64,000 nucleotides of DNA from an uncultured Nitrososphaerota archaeon (GCA_963799845.1 CAWCYI010000006.1:864001-928000); one strand, 5' to 3'; counted from the stretch's first letter, positions 10,659 through 22,880 are shown. Numbers and translations are program-made. The notes: generated from the sequence alone by a model not told the origin.

Positions 10659-10958
10659 TTGGTCGTCCTTGTTTTAGACTATAACCTAGAGAGAGCGAAC
10701 AGGCCCGATTGCCAGAGCTGTGGCAACTACTGGGTTGCCTATGTGAACGTTAAGGTTCCTGAGGAGTTAGCCGAGGGCATTGACGCGGTGATAAGGGAGC
10801 GTAAGTTGGGTTACAGAAGTAGGGCGGAATTCGTGGGAGAGGCTAGCAGACAGAGGCTCATCGAATCAAGAAGATCAAATGAAGCTTTTTTGCTATTTCG
10901 TTCCCGACTTTTCTTAGATAATAGCCAAAAACGTAGAATCTACTTGGAGCAACAGTAA
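10659..10958 (+). CDS. Ribbon-helix-helix (CopG-like) regulator
   Basis: YVNVKVPEELAEGIDAVI...GYRSRAEFV pattern; true start probably near 10730. Confidence 0.7.
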   Translation: MVVLVLDYNLERANRPDCQSCGNYWVAYVNVKVPEELAEGIDAVIRERKLGYRSRAEFVGEASRQRLIESRRSNEAFLLFRSRLFLDNSQKRRIYLEQQ

Positions 10959-11023
10959 TCCCTTCGAACAGTGCATGGAAAGGGTAGTAATGCATATAGA
11001 CCTCTTATTTGCGGCGTCGATAG

Positions 11024-12582
11024 GTGTCGTCTACGAGACCATTCAAAAAGGGTATTTCGGGTCAATTTTTCAGGGGAGTTAGACAAGAGAAAGTCATCGT
11101 AACAATTTTAGCTGCTTTATTGATAGTGCTTGGAGCATTACAAATGTTTAGCACAATCAGCGTCGCAAAAAGCGGAGCCACTCAAAGTAAAGTCGTCTCG
11201 AATCAATTCAATCCCTCAACGTTGCAGATTCCATTAACAGATCCCACTATTGAGTTGAGCACGGCTAATGGTGCGACGGTCTGCCCCGTGACTTTGAATG
11301 GCATCTGGACAGCTCAAGTGACACTTGTACGGTAAGTGGGGGCGATATTCCGCTGGGAACGACGCTACAAATAGACTCGGGTGTAACGCTTGTCAATTCC
11401 TGTTGCATGTCCTTCTCCGATGAAGGGACGATTGACAACTACGGGACGATTGTTAACTCAGGAGGATTTTTCATCAACGCGGGTATCGTCAACAACTATG
11501 GAACTATTGACAACTCAGGTGGAGGTGGCGTCACAATCGGTGGCGTGTTTACCAATTACGGAACCTTCGCAGATTCAACCCAAATCTTCGACGTGGACGT
11601 TGGTGGTGCAGGTAGTGCACTCGTCAACTATGGATCCATAGATGTCTTCGGCGGCATCCTCGTTGAAGCTGGCGGCGGCGCTATCACCAACGAGAACAGC
11701 GGGGTGCTGACAGTCGAGAGCAGTGGGACTATCGGAACTGGTGGTTGCTCCCATGGAATCATCCCCCCTTCGATCAACAACTATGGCACAATCATAGTCT
11801 TGAGCACTATTAGACATGGGGGTTTCGGAATCGGAAACTGCTTCTCTGTTACACTCAATAACTATGGATTCATCAACATAGCTGGTACTGATGGACTTGG
11901 CATCAATTTCAACGGTGTTCTCAACAATGAGAATGGGGGCAGTATCACAATCACCAGTAATCTTGACGATGAAGGGATACTCACAAACTATGGTGTTATT
12001 AACAACGAAGGGGGTGCACCAGGGGGTCTCACTATCGACAATGGTGGCCCTGGTACACCCGAAGGAATTCTTAGTAACTATGGGATCATCGATAACGAGA
12101 ACGGTGCATTTCTCGGAAGCTCAGGATTCATCACTAATGGAGGCATTATCATTTTTGAATGTGGTGCAACATTCGTTAACACGGGTACATTTACAGGCAA
12201 TCCTGTGTTGATGAATGCATGTCTCTCATGTCCTCAAGTTCCAAACACTGGTGGCGTCAACCTACAATGGGCTGACCTCCAAGACTGTAATCTTGCTGGA
12301 TAAAACATGGCAGGCGATAATCTGCAACATGCAGATCTCTCTGGTGCAGATCTCTCTGGTGCGAACTTTGCAGGAGCCAACATGCAACACGCAGATCTTT
12401 CTGGAGCATTCATCCAGGGTGTTTCTGGCCTAAACCCTACTAACTTCAATGGAGCAAACATGCAACAAGCCAATCTTGAAAATGCGTTTTGCGGCAGTCC
12501 TAACTATATCGTGGCATCAGGAGCAAATACACAACATATAGACTTGACAGGATCTATAGGTGTCTGTGACCCCCCGCTATAA
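11024..12582 (+). pseudogene. Secreted/surface protein with INNYG-type Asn/Gly repeats and a C-terminal pentapeptide-repeat module; one frameshift (~11308) and an in-frame TAA (12301)
   Basis: N-terminal hydrophobic helix; ORFs 11024-11335, 11407-12303 and 12307-12582 join into one gene by comparison with paralogs at 15800 and 15121, which has TAC where this copy has TAA. Confidence 0.75.
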
Positions 12583-12681
12583 TCACTCGGTACCTGCATA
12601 ATAGTCTGAGATTCCATACTCGCCTATTTTTTTGGTGGGGAGCCTGGCGGTCTCTTCTCAGATTATCATCAAAATATTATG
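12229..12681 (+). repeat. ~450-bp direct repeat copy 1 (pentapeptide module plus ~100 bp downstream)
   Basis: Near-identical to 15121-15572; coding differences mostly at third codon positions. Confidence 0.95.
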
Positions 12682-12934
12682 ACAACCTCAGGATCAGTCA
12701 TCTTTACTTTCACGACTCGGATTCTTTATAGCCAGCTCTAGGAGCGTCAATCTACTTGTTCAAGTCTTTGATCTGACTGAAACTACGGCCCTAATCCCGT
12801 CTTCTCCACATTTTAGGAGACTTTGTACTCTGTCTTTCTCCTAGTCTCATCTCTTCCTAGCTGAAAAGTCCGCAAAAATTGCTGAAAAGTTCCATGATAA
12901 TCAGTAACTCATTCTAATCAGTTTCTATCACGAT

Positions 12935-13972
12935 TCTCTTTTCCGACAATTATTTCGCAAGCTGGTAAACAGGAGTAGACTGGGAGAGTTTTGGAAGAGC
13001 GTAACAAAGCGTTACGAGAAACATGTGCCCGCGAAGCTTGATAGCGACAAGATCAGTTACCTCTTCAGAGCTGAGAGAAAGGGGCGAGAGCTGCGCAAAC
13101 ATTGCTCTCCAGCTCGGGGTGTCAAAGAGGAGGGTTGAGCAGATACTTGCCCAGCATAGGAAAGGTGGGGGTGTGCCTCTCCTCCTCAAGAAACCAGGAA
13201 GGAAAAGCATTCCAATTACCGACGAGGAAACTTCACTCGTCATTGATGCTTATCAGAGATATAGGGCAAACGCCCTCTACCTTGAACGAAAGATCGAGTG
13301 CGATAGCAAGATTCACATCAACCACAACAGGATACACAGGGTGCTCCTGATGAACTCCTTTGCGTCAAACTCTAGGAAGAAGTGGATAAGGAGGAAGTGG
13401 GTCAGATACGAGAGGGAACACTCGAATTCATTATGGCATACGGACTGGCACGAGGTAAAGGATCCGAGGTGGAAGGGCAAGTGGCTCACCTGCTATGAGG
13501 ATGATGCTTCTCGTCTCATTACCGGATTTGGGGTCCATGAAACGCTGACCTCGGAGTACTCTGTTTCCTGTCTTGAGAGTGCCATGAAGGAACACGGCAA
13601 ACCTGCATCGATCCTATCCGACCACGGAACCACATTTTACACGATGGAATCTGAGAGGAGGGAGAAGGGGATGACAGAATTCGAGAGGTGTCTCTTGAAG
13701 CACAAGATAAGATTCATCCTCGGAAGAGTCAACCACCCCCAGACGAACGGCAAGATCGAGAAGTTCTTCGACATATTCGAGAGCAAGATCAAGTGGTTCT
13801 CCTCGATAGATGAGTTCATGAAGTGGTACAATGAAGTGAGGCCTCATGGAGCCCTTGACCTCAAGACGCCAACCCCGGCTTACTACGAGAAGATGCCGCA
13901 GTTAGATGCTCTTGAATATCCTTTGTCTATGGAGGTCTCCTGACAGATGCGAAATGATTTCTGGAAAAAACA
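12935..13972 (+). mobile_element. IS481-family insertion sequence
   Basis: Imperfect 25-bp terminal inverted repeats (TCTCTTTTCCGACAATTATTTCGCA / TGCGAAATGATTTCTGGAAAAAACA); direct repeat GTTTCTATCACGAT at 12921-12934 and 13973-13986. Confidence 0.85.
13023..13943 (+). CDS. IS481-family DDE transposase
   Basis: N-terminal HTH; WHTDW, DDASR, SDHG, PQTNGKIE and YNEVRPH motifs. A frameshift near the start is possible. Confidence 0.88.
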   Translation: MCPRSLIATRSVTSSELRERGESCANIALQLGVSKRRVEQILAQHRKGGGVPLLLKKPGRKSIPITDEETSLVIDAYQRYRANALYLERKIECDSKIHINHNRIHRVLLMNSFASNSRKKWIRRKWVRYEREHSNSLWHTDWHEVKDPRWKGKWLTCYEDDASRLITGFGVHETLTSEYSVSCLESAMKEHGKPASILSDHGTTFYTMESERREKGMTEFERCLLKHKIRFILGRVNHPQTNGKIEKFFDIFESKIKWFSSIDEFMKWYNEVRPHGALDLKTPTPAYYEKMPQLDALEYPLSMEVS

Positions 13973-14030
13973 GTTTCTATCACGATAGTAATGCTTATAG
14001 TCCACTATACTGCCGCTTTGATGAGCTTTA

Positions 14031-15474
14031 TTGTTAGATATCCACAAAGCTGCATCTGGTCAGAGTCGCTTGATGAAATTGTCAGGGTTGAAATCCAAAA
14101 CATCCGGCTTTAGAATGGCGCCTTTCATCGTCTTGATTATGCTCACACTCATCTTGTTCTCATTTACCAGTGCCCTCTATTTTCGGCCCGCGAGCGGAGA
14201 ATCCATCAATCCGTGGGGAAGTACCACAAGCTATCCCACGAGCATAACCTCACCATCATGCGCGATATACCAGAGCTACATCTATTGCGTGGCAGGAGCT
14301 ACCTCGGGCGGCGGTGTCGCCACTAACGCCGTCTACTACGCCACAATATCTTCATCGGGTGTAGGCACGTGGATAAGCACCACGAACTATCCCGCTAACC
14401 TGTACGCCCCGTCATGCGCGATATACTCGGGCTACATCTACTGCGTTGGAGGAAATGCCAACTCTGGAACGCAGGAGACCAACGCCGTATACTTCGCCTC
14501 AGTATCTTCCTCCGGTGTGGGCACCTGGACTAGCACTACGAGTCTATCCAACCACGATATACTCCCAATCATGCGCTATATTTTCGGGCTACATATATTG
14601 TGTTGGAGGGGACAATACAGAGTCTAGCCAAACGAACGCTGTCTACTATGCCACAGTATCATCCTCCGGTGTGGGCACCTGGGCTAGCACCTCAAGTTAT
14701 CCAACTACGATAACTTCATTTCCGTGTGCGGTAGACTCGGGCTACATCTACTGCGTCGGGGGATATACCGGTTCTAGCGTCACCGACGCCGTCTACTACG
14801 CCACAGTAGGGTCTTCCGGCGTGGGCACCTGGACTAGCACCTCAAGTTATCCCTCAGACGTATACTATCAATCATGTGCGACATACTCGGGCTACCTCTA
14901 CTGCGTGGGAGGAGCTACCACCTCTGTCCTCACCGACGCCGTCTACTACGCCACAGTAGGGTCTTCCGGCGTGGGCACCTGGACTAGCGCCTCCAGTTAT
15001 CCCACTGACATATTCACTCAATCATGTGCGACATACTCGGGCTACCTCTACTGCGTGGGAGGAATAATTACCGGCTCTGGCCTTACAAACACAGTTTACT
15101 ATGCCGAAATAACATCTCCCTGTCCACAGGTGCCAAACACTGGTGGCGTCAACCTACAATGGGCTAACCTACAAAACTGCAATCTTGCTGGATACAACAT
15201 GGCAGGCGATAATCTACAACATGCAGATCTCTCAGGTGCAGATCTCTCTGGTGCGAACTTTGCTGGAGCTAACATGCAACATGCAGATCTTTCTGGAGCA
15301 TTCATCCAGGGTGTTTCGGACTTGAATCCCACTAACTTCAACGGAGCAAACATGCAACAAGCCAATCTTGAAAATGCGTTTTGCGGAAGTCCCAACTATA
15401 TCGTGGCATCGGGTGCGAATACACAACACATAGACTTGACAGGATCTATAGGTGTCTGTGACCCCCCGCTATAA
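14031..15474 (+). CDS. Secreted kelch-like beta-propeller protein with C-terminal pentapeptide module (frameshift ~14543)
   Basis: Signal-like helix; six ~50-aa repeats (W.STTSYP...SCA.YSGY.YCVGG...AVYYA); ORFs 14031-14627 and 14446-15474 join. Confidence 0.8.
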
Positions 15475-15572
15475 TCACTCGGTACCTGCATAATAGTCTG
15501 AGATTCCATACTCGCCTATTTTTTGGTGGGGCGCCTGGCGGTCTCTTCTCAGATTATCATCAGAATATTATG
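15121..15572 (+). repeat. ~450-bp direct repeat copy 2
   Basis: Matches 12229-12681, including the non-coding 3' flank. Confidence 0.95.
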
Positions 15573-15799
15573 GCGACCATCACCCGCAACTAATTGGAAT
15601 GAGTGAGTTATCGACGCTCGTTCCTGCTCACTTCTGAAGTGATTTGGAGCATACTTATTGAGGCTCTTATCCTGTGGCTTGATGAATGGTTCTGTTTCGT
15701 TATTGGGCGATTTCTAATGGGTTTCATGTTGGGTAGCAACAATAAAGAGTCAGGCTATGGAGCAATGACCTTATCCGTTTTGAGTCAATATGAGGTGTA

Positions 15800-16987
15800 A
15801 TGCTATATGCGAACATGGACTCTCCGCCGATCATGAGTGAAAGAAACTCATCAACGAAACACGAGGGTGCCCCTGGTCAAGTCTTCAGAGGAAATAGACT
15901 AATATCAAGTTCCCTTTTTCATGTTCATCCGAATATTAAGTTAGGACGTATTGCCGCCCTAATTTTATTATTCATTCTGGTTTCAGCAGCCATAGGTGTT
16001 CAAATCCCTTCAAGCTTCTTTCGTTCGGCGCAGGCTACCTCGGTCATCGAGTTGAGCATTTCAGACGGCCCGACGGTCTGTCCCGCAGCACCTTTGAACG
16101 GCATATGGGCACCGTTCGGTGAGAATGTATGCTTAGTAAGTAGCGTCGTTATTCAGTCAGGAACGACCCTACAGATTGACTCTGGTGTAAACCTTACAAT
16201 TGGTCAAAGCCCTACCACGGGCGACCCTGGAACTTTCACCAACCAAGGGACGATCGATAACTACGGGAGTCTAACGAGTTTTGGAGGCTCTCTCCAAAGT
16301 TCAGGTGTGATTACCAACGAGAATGGCGGCATAATCTCAGTCATCGATAACCCTCTGGATATCGACATCACGGTCACTGGTACCTTCAACAACTACGGCA
16401 CTATTGACATCTCACTCCCTGATGACTTCGGTGGAATACTCGACATCTCAGGCGGTACAATCATCAACGAGAACAGCGGCACAATCGACAATATCGGTAC
16501 TATTGACAACCAAGGTACGGTCATAAACTATGGTACTATTGACAAGGTAGGTTCGTTATCGACAGGTTTCGGACAGACAATCCTCAACAACTACGGCTTT
16601 ATTGACAACTATGGAACCATCATTAATGAGAACGGAGAACTCATCAATAACGTCGGTACGATCGTCGACGAATGCGGAGCGATCTTCATCAACTCCGGTA
16701 CGCTGGAGGGCAATCCTGTGCTGAATGTATGCGATCCAGCCCAAGCTATCTCTGGTCTGATTAGCTTGAAAGATAGCATGAATCTTCCCAATGGTATTAC
16801 TAACAGCCTGGATGCCAAGCTGAACGCGGCACTAGACTCAGTAAACCGGGGGAATGATAATGCAGCCGTGAATCAGCTCAACGCGTTCATCAATGAGGTG
16901 AATGCTCAAACAGGAAATAAGATAACCGAGGCTCAGTCCCAATTATTGATTACAGACGCGCAAGCCATCATAAACGCGCTTGGTTAG
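15800..16987 (+). CDS. Secreted/surface protein with INNYG-type repeats and a C-terminal FIMAH-like helical domain
   Basis: TM/signal helix; IELS..GPTVCP..LNGIW segment shared with the 11024 gene; C-terminal SLDAKLNAA...NQLNAFINEVNAQ.G.KI. Confidence 0.75.
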   Translation: MLYANMDSPPIMSERNSSTKHEGAPGQVFRGNRLISSSLFHVHPNIKLGRIAALILLFILVSAAIGVQIPSSFFRSAQATSVIELSISDGPTVCPAAPLNGIWAPFGENVCLVSSVVIQSGTTLQIDSGVNLTIGQSPTTGDPGTFTNQGTIDNYGSLTSFGGSLQSSGVITNENGGIISVIDNPLDIDITVTGTFNNYGTIDISLPDDFGGILDISGGTIINENSGTIDNIGTIDNQGTVINYGTIDKVGSLSTGFGQTILNNYGFIDNYGTIINENGELINNVGTIVDECGAIFINSGTLEGNPVLNVCDPAQAISGLISLKDSMNLPNGITNSLDAKLNAALDSVNRGNDNAAVNQLNAFINEVNAQTGNKITEAQSQLLITDAQAIINALG

Positions 16988-17441
16988 CATCAAAATCTCC
17001 TTACCCACTAATCTCGCCCTTTTCTCTTAGCCTCAAGTAAATCTATTTCTCTCTGCTGAATGACGAGTAGAGACATGAAGAACGCCTCAGTCTGATATTT
17101 CTCAGGCATTGCCTCTATTGCTTCCTTGAAACGCAAGACTGGGCCATAGAGATTCTTTTTCAGGAGGGTTAGATCTTCAATGCGGAGTGCATTTTCAAAA
17201 ACCGTGTCAAGATGCTAGTTCGATGTCTAGAGAAGACATTGTAGGAGTTACTGTAGCGCAGTAACTTAACTATTTTGAATTCCTGTTGTGTTCGGGGAGA
17301 AAGGGGTCTCCAAACGTGTTTCTGATACTCAAAGAACTGCCCTTAGTCCTTTCAGACAATTAGAGCAATGGAAAGAGCTAAATATTGTCTAAAGAAATTG
17401 GGATGACCGCGCAGTTGTTCTCCGCGCGGCGAAGTTATCGA

Positions 17442-18801
17442 TCATGAGGTGGGGGTTATGTTGACGAATGATGGTATATCCAATGGTGCCAATAATCCGG
17501 AGGTGACCGTCTCCGTGAATCCGGTTAGTGTCACCGTGGCGGGTTCTACATTGGTCCCTGCAAATGAATTTCCACTAGGAGCATCGTTGTAAGCCGTCAC
17601 TTGTATCGGCGCTGTTGAAAATGAACCCTTGAAATTGTTGCCCAAGAGGGTAGCAGAGGTTGGATTCGCAACGAAACCGTCCGAGACTATGGCTATCCCT
17701 ACCAGGCTGCCTGAGATTCTGTTGTTAGAAGCTGTATAGGTTCCATCATTCAAATACATTCCTTCGTACCTGTTGTTTTGAACAACATTGTTCGTGGACA
17801 TCACTGCGTCACTGGAAGTAAGGATTCCAATATCGTTGCCGCTGACCGTGTTGCCACTCACCCTAGTGCCGGCACCCGACTCGTAGGTGAGAATCCCCGC
17901 GCTTTGCGTTTGAGTAACATAATCCGAGCCGCATGTTGTAGGTACATTGCATTCGTTGCCGCTGACTGTGTTGTCCGACACGGTGCCCACCGCTCCGAAG
18001 CCAATCTGGATGCCATTAGGGGCGATATAATCGGTATAGGCCGAATAAAACGACACTGTATTCTTGGTGATAGTGCAAGTGGTTCCCACATCATTGCAGG
18101 TAATCCCATTCTTGTTGTAGTTCAGCACTTGGTTATTCGATATTACAACAGTCGAGGATAAACTAACACCTGTCTGGACTTCGACGGCATTACCAGGTTG
18201 ACAACCAGCAGAGCCTAATGGAAGGTAGACGTTCTGTACAGTATTGCCAGTAATTGTACCACCTGCGTTGAGAAATAGAACTCCCTCATAGTCAAAGGGA
18301 TCGCCTGTTATGGGTAAACCACAACTGAAACCAGCTGAGGTAAAGAAAGCAGGAAGAAGGGAACCATCAACTACTAGATTAGTGATTGTTACTCCCGTTA
18401 TTGAAGAGCCCCCTGCAAGTATGATGTTGTATTCAGGAGTGGTGGTATCAGGGTCTGCTGAATTTTGAACAACAGACGTTGGCTCTATGGTCGCTTGCTG
18501 GTGCCCACCGGTACTCTCCAAAGTAACGGAGCTGAGATGTGATCGTAATCTGTGTGTTGTAGGTCGCGCCCGCGGTGAAGCAGTAGGTTCCTGGGCTGGT
18601 TATTGAGATGGGAACCATTGGATTTGCCTCCAAATAACTGCTGGATAAATAAGTGGTAGTGCAGTGAGGGTCAGCTGAGCTCGAGCTCGCGCTCACGAAA
18701 ATCGTTGGGATGAAAAGAAAGGATGCCGTTGCTAACAAAGCAATTCCTATTGTCGCGAATAACATTGTTCTGTGGACTACGATTTGATTGGTGAATCTCA
18801 T
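17442..18801 (-). CDS. Secreted right-handed beta-helix (pectin-lyase/NosD-like) protein (frameshift ~18530)
   Basis: ORFs 18448-18801 (signal peptide) and 17442-18521 join; repeated GNTVSGN-type rungs; paralog of 20656-22134. Confidence 0.8.
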
Positions 18802-19948
18802 ATCCGAGTGGTTCGGGTAGGTATTATAAGAACGAGACGCTCACTCAAATGGCTCAATAACGAAGAAAAGTCCATGATCTTTCATCATAGAGACCCAGAA
18901 TGTCATTTCGGCTATGACACCAAAATACAGAGTTTTTGATTGGGCTGGCGATGGGAGTGGATAGATGTATGAAAGAGAAACAAAAGGACGATGACGGAAA
19001 TATTTTGGTAGCATAAAGGAGTGTCTATGAATGTTGCTTCGAAATGCGCGCGAGCTCGCTCAGGTATGAATGTCTATCTACACAAGACAATATTTCCGCT
19101 CGGTAGGACGACGTCAATCGCCTAATCTTCATCAAAGTATTCAAGTAAGTGATCTTCCGCCGTTAGGTTGGAAAACTTTATTCCAGAACGCCTCAAAGCA
19201 CGAGATGTGTTCACTGTCGGAGTCTGACTCTGATAAAGTGAAAGTTCAAGTTCCCGATATTGGTCAGAGACCCCCCGAAGATCGAGGAATAGCCGACGTT
19301 TCTTGACTACACAACTAGAAAATATTACCATGTAATGATGTCTGTAACTGTAAAAAAGGAGCCTCTGGGAGGGGAGACCCCTTTACTCCCAGAGTAGGTG
19401 ACTGGCAAGCTGACGCAGATTAGACTATGTCGACCGTAGAATCTCCAGAAACGGTGTAGGTGTGTCCAGGGGAGAAATGATAGATTTTTGAAAATAGAAG
19501 TTGCGTGCGTTCTAGCCTCAAACCAAAACGCACTCCTGATCGCCGTCAGTTCGCTATTTTCAGGTGATACAGAAGTACGATAGACCGAGTTAAAAATCCT
19601 CTCTCGACTGAGAGCGGAGGACAATCAAGTTCCGTAAATCAAGACAGTTTATCGTCGGCTAGCAACCAATTGACCAGTTCTTGGCCGGATACAAAGCAAA
19701 TCGATTTCAGTGATGCACCGAGTTTTCGAATAAACGAATCTTGGTACTGTATTCACATCGACTATCCCTTTGTCGACGGGCAGGCAATCGATACTTTCCG
19801 CATCAATGCCGGCGATACCTGCGAGATAGGATTAGAAGCTCGGTACTGGTTTTCCAAAAATATGTCGAATGATAATAGAATATCGCGTATGCCGAGTAAA
19901 GAATCCGACCTTGAACGAGGATAGTTATCGCTTCTTTACCTACTAGGA

Positions 19949-20233
19949 CTAGATCCCTGTTTTTCTCTTCTCGTCATCGATTCGTCTTAGCATTTCCCGT
20001 ACTTTCATTTCGACCAGCTCCTCGATATTCTCACCGTGTTTTATTCTGGAGCTCCTGAACGCTTCAAGACCTTGGCTGATTTTATCGCCCAATTCTTCCG
20101 ACGGTAGCCCTTCATTCCGGTCTATTATACCATCAATCAAGTTTCTTTCTTCCTGATCACTCGCGCTCAGTTTCGACATCGAGCGAACAAGCTCGATCTG
20201 ATTTTCTCCCAGCTCTTGATTTTTCAGCTTCAA
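19949..20233 (-). CDS. Hypothetical charged helical protein
   Basis: 94-aa ORF with protein-like composition; no recognised motif. Confidence 0.4.
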   Translation of the reverse strand: MKLKNQELGENQIELVRSMSKLSASDQEERNLIDGIIDRNEGLPSEELGDKISQGLEAFRSSRIKHGENIEELVEMKVREMLRRIDDEKRKTGI

Positions 20234-20555
20234 CTGCTTAGAAAGTAAATTAAGTAATCCAGATTAACAGCTTCTAGTATAGCAGCAATAATCTCGATAA
20301 TTTTACGGTCGATAACATTCTCCCAAATCATTGGATGGCGCTGGAAGTACATAAAGCCCGGATTACGGATTACCGCGCTCTGTTACTTCACTCTCTTTGT
20401 AGGCTTTATCGGAATGAGCAACGCGCCGTTCGGTCTCACGTACGGCATTCGAAAAAGAATGGATTAGACAGCTTGGCTTGGGATATTGACTTCCTGCTTT
20501 CCAGGTTCCTACACGTCAATCCGAGAGCACAACACTAGTCGCACTTGAGACTTGT

Positions 20556-20595
20556 AAAAAGAAGAAAGAACGCTGAGCTTCTCACTCAGCGTTCT
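20556..20595 (-). terminator. Hairpin plus T-rich tail downstream of the beta-helix gene
   Basis: AGAACGCTGAG (20567-20577) pairs with CTCAGCGTTCT (20585-20595); followed by TTCTTCTTTTT on the minus strand. Confidence 0.55.
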
Positions 20596-20655
20596 CATTG
20601 CGATTGGATGTAGTGACTTGCTGGGACACTGCTAAATCTCGGTGGTTTCCTACGA

Positions 20656-22134
20656 TCAGAGGCTTGTTATATCCACGGTGGTTAGGTAGGGTGACACTCC
20701 GGAGACCGTTTGAGACAACCCATTTATCGTCAACACCACTGCGGGCGTGGGATTGTTAGGTCCTCCATAGGTCCCGCCTGACAGGGCAATCACCTGAACG
20801 ATGGCCGTAGAGAAGTGTCCGTTAAAGTCGTTTCCGTTGAGAGTGGAATAAGTTGCAGTAAGGATGAAACCGTCCGATACTACCGCTACGCCTATTGGAC
20901 TGCTGGATATCTGATTTTTCGAAGCAATGTAGTTACCGTCGTATTGCAATATGCCTTCATACGTGCTGTCTTGAATAGTGTTTGATGTAGCTGTGACCGG
21001 GGCTGTATCGTCGTATGAGGAAACTCCGATATCATCCTGTTGGAGCTTATTGCCCGTCACTGTGGCACCGCCCGACCAATAAGTGCCAATTCCTGTCGCG
21101 GTGGCTTCACCGTTATACAAATTGGAACCGCATGCAGGGAAGTAAGTGCATAGGTTTTCAGTGACTGTGTTACCGGATACGGTCCCCTTGGCACCATCTG
21201 CTATCAGGATACCGTTGGTCGCGACTCCAGCGCCAGCTGTTGAGAGAGGTGAAACTTTGTTTTTATCAATGGTACAAATAGTCCCCTCATCATTGCAGCT
21301 GATGCCGTTTTTGGTGTACCCCGTCACAGTGTTGCCACTAATCGATACTACAGATCCAGCGGAGGCGGTGCTCTGGACCCAAATTGCCTCGCCACAATTG
21401 TCCAATGATGATCCAGCGATGTTCACTACCTGCGTGTTTGTAACAGCTCCGGAAGCACCTGAGAAGAGTATTCCCATGAAATCTGGAGGAGGTTGTGTTG
21501 GACTATTGCAGTTTGTAGGATCGTTAATACCATTAACCACCAGATTCTGAATTTTGACTGATGATGATCCCGCGACAAGAATTATTGCGACCTGGGTTGG
21601 AAAGGCCCACACCTCGTCGCATATGTTCAGGGTGCTACTGGTACACCCACTCGGGTACGTAGGAGTGTACGTGGTAAGCGAAGCAATAGAACTAGGCTCT
21701 ATTATAGCCTGCCCTAGCTTTGTCCCTGGCGCAGTCGTTAACACCACGTTGCTTGCAGTGACAGTTATTTGTGTGTTGTAGGTTCCCGCTTCGAAACAGT
21801 ACGTTCCCGAGCTACTAATTGAGATAGGCGTGAAGCTAACGTAAGAGCCTGGTAAGTAGGTAGTGGTACATGGATCGCTGGCGGAAGCTGGCGACAGGGA
21901 ATACATTGACAGAGCCGATAGCAAAAATAATGCAGCTATCGAGACTGCCATTATTGAGTATGTTAGATTCTTCATAGGATTTCGTCGAGAATGGTGCATC
22001 ATAATAAGATATCGACGATTCTCAATGATGAGAACTGCCTTCACTTTCGAGCCACAAGTTTTGCCCGAGCTCGATTCCAAGTCTATTGGAAGGAATCTTT
22101 GAAAAAGGCTATTTTTAGCATCTGACATTCTCAA
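20656..22134 (-). CDS. Secreted right-handed beta-helix protein
   Basis: Signal peptide (likely start ~21975-22002); DPCTTTYL..TYCF..GTYNTQIT and KNGI.CND.GT.CTI shared with the 17442 paralog. Confidence 0.82.
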   Translation of the reverse strand: MRMSDAKNSLFQRFLPIDLESSSGKTCGSKVKAVLIIENRRYLIMMHHSRRNPMKNLTYSIMAVSIAALFLLSALSMYSLSPASASDPCTTTYLPGSYVSFTPISISSSGTYCFEAGTYNTQITVTASNVVLTTAPGTKLGQAIIEPSSIASLTTYTPTYPSGCTSSTLNICDEVWAFPTQVAIILVAGSSSVKIQNLVVNGINDPTNCNSPTQPPPDFMGILFSGASGAVTNTQVVNIAGSSLDNCGEAIWVQSTASAGSVVSISGNTVTGYTKNGISCNDEGTICTIDKNKVSPLSTAGAGVATNGILIADGAKGTVSGNTVTENLCTYFPACGSNLYNGEATATGIGTYWSGGATVTGNKLQQDDIGVSSYDDTAPVTATSNTIQDSTYEGILQYDGNYIASKNQISSSPIGVAVVSDGFILTATYSTLNGNDFNGHFSTAIVQVIALSGGTYGGPNNPTPAVVLTINGLSQTVSGVSPYLTTVDITSL

Positions 22135-22880
22135 ACTCTAAGCTTTTCTCTGTGTGCGGCGAAGCTTCGGACGGTTTCTTTTTCGAATCTTATCCTAATA
22201 CTCCTAACTTCTCCGCTTCGCCCTCATTCTCCAGAAAATATCCTTGTTTCGATGAGCCCGGATTTCGCCCAAGATGACTCTAATTTGTACAGCCAGATAT
22301 AGCGGAATCCGATATACCGGAATTCGCTATATTTCTGGGATAAAAGGCGACAGATGATTAATTTTATTACAATTCTGGCCCAAATGTAAATTCTACACTA
22401 ATTCTCTCAAAATGATGTGAGGCCAGTAAGTGCCGGAAAATCAAGCTTTCCTTAGCCTTGAATGGACGACATCCCCCAAGGCTACTGCCCTAAATTGTCG
22501 GTGGTTGCCGCGATGAGCAGGTCGTGACCACTGAAGGATTTGAAGCAGCGAGTGATATGGGACTGGGTGATGGCAGATCTGACAGTTGTTGAACCTTGTT
22601 TGAATTTGTACATTTGTTCGTCTCCTATGGTGGACAGATTGCCGTCAGACTGTAGAAAACATCTACGATGCCAGATGCGACGGAAATATCTAGATAGAAT
22701 AAGTTTCCTGAGTAAGTCATTGTGTATCCATTCAAATCAGGAGGAGCGATTTGTGCATCCTCGACAATAGAACCACTACTGGTCAGAAAATCCAGAAGGA
22801 GTGTATTACTTCCTTCAAAAAATTCTTCGCTCCAGCTCAGACCTCACGAGTGCGAACGAAGCGGACCCCACAATCTGGAA

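Noticed and set aside
12229-15572. 450-bp repeat pair as a DGR template/variable region
   Set aside because: Mismatches are mostly synonymous and not adenine-specific, and no reverse transcriptase is present in the window.
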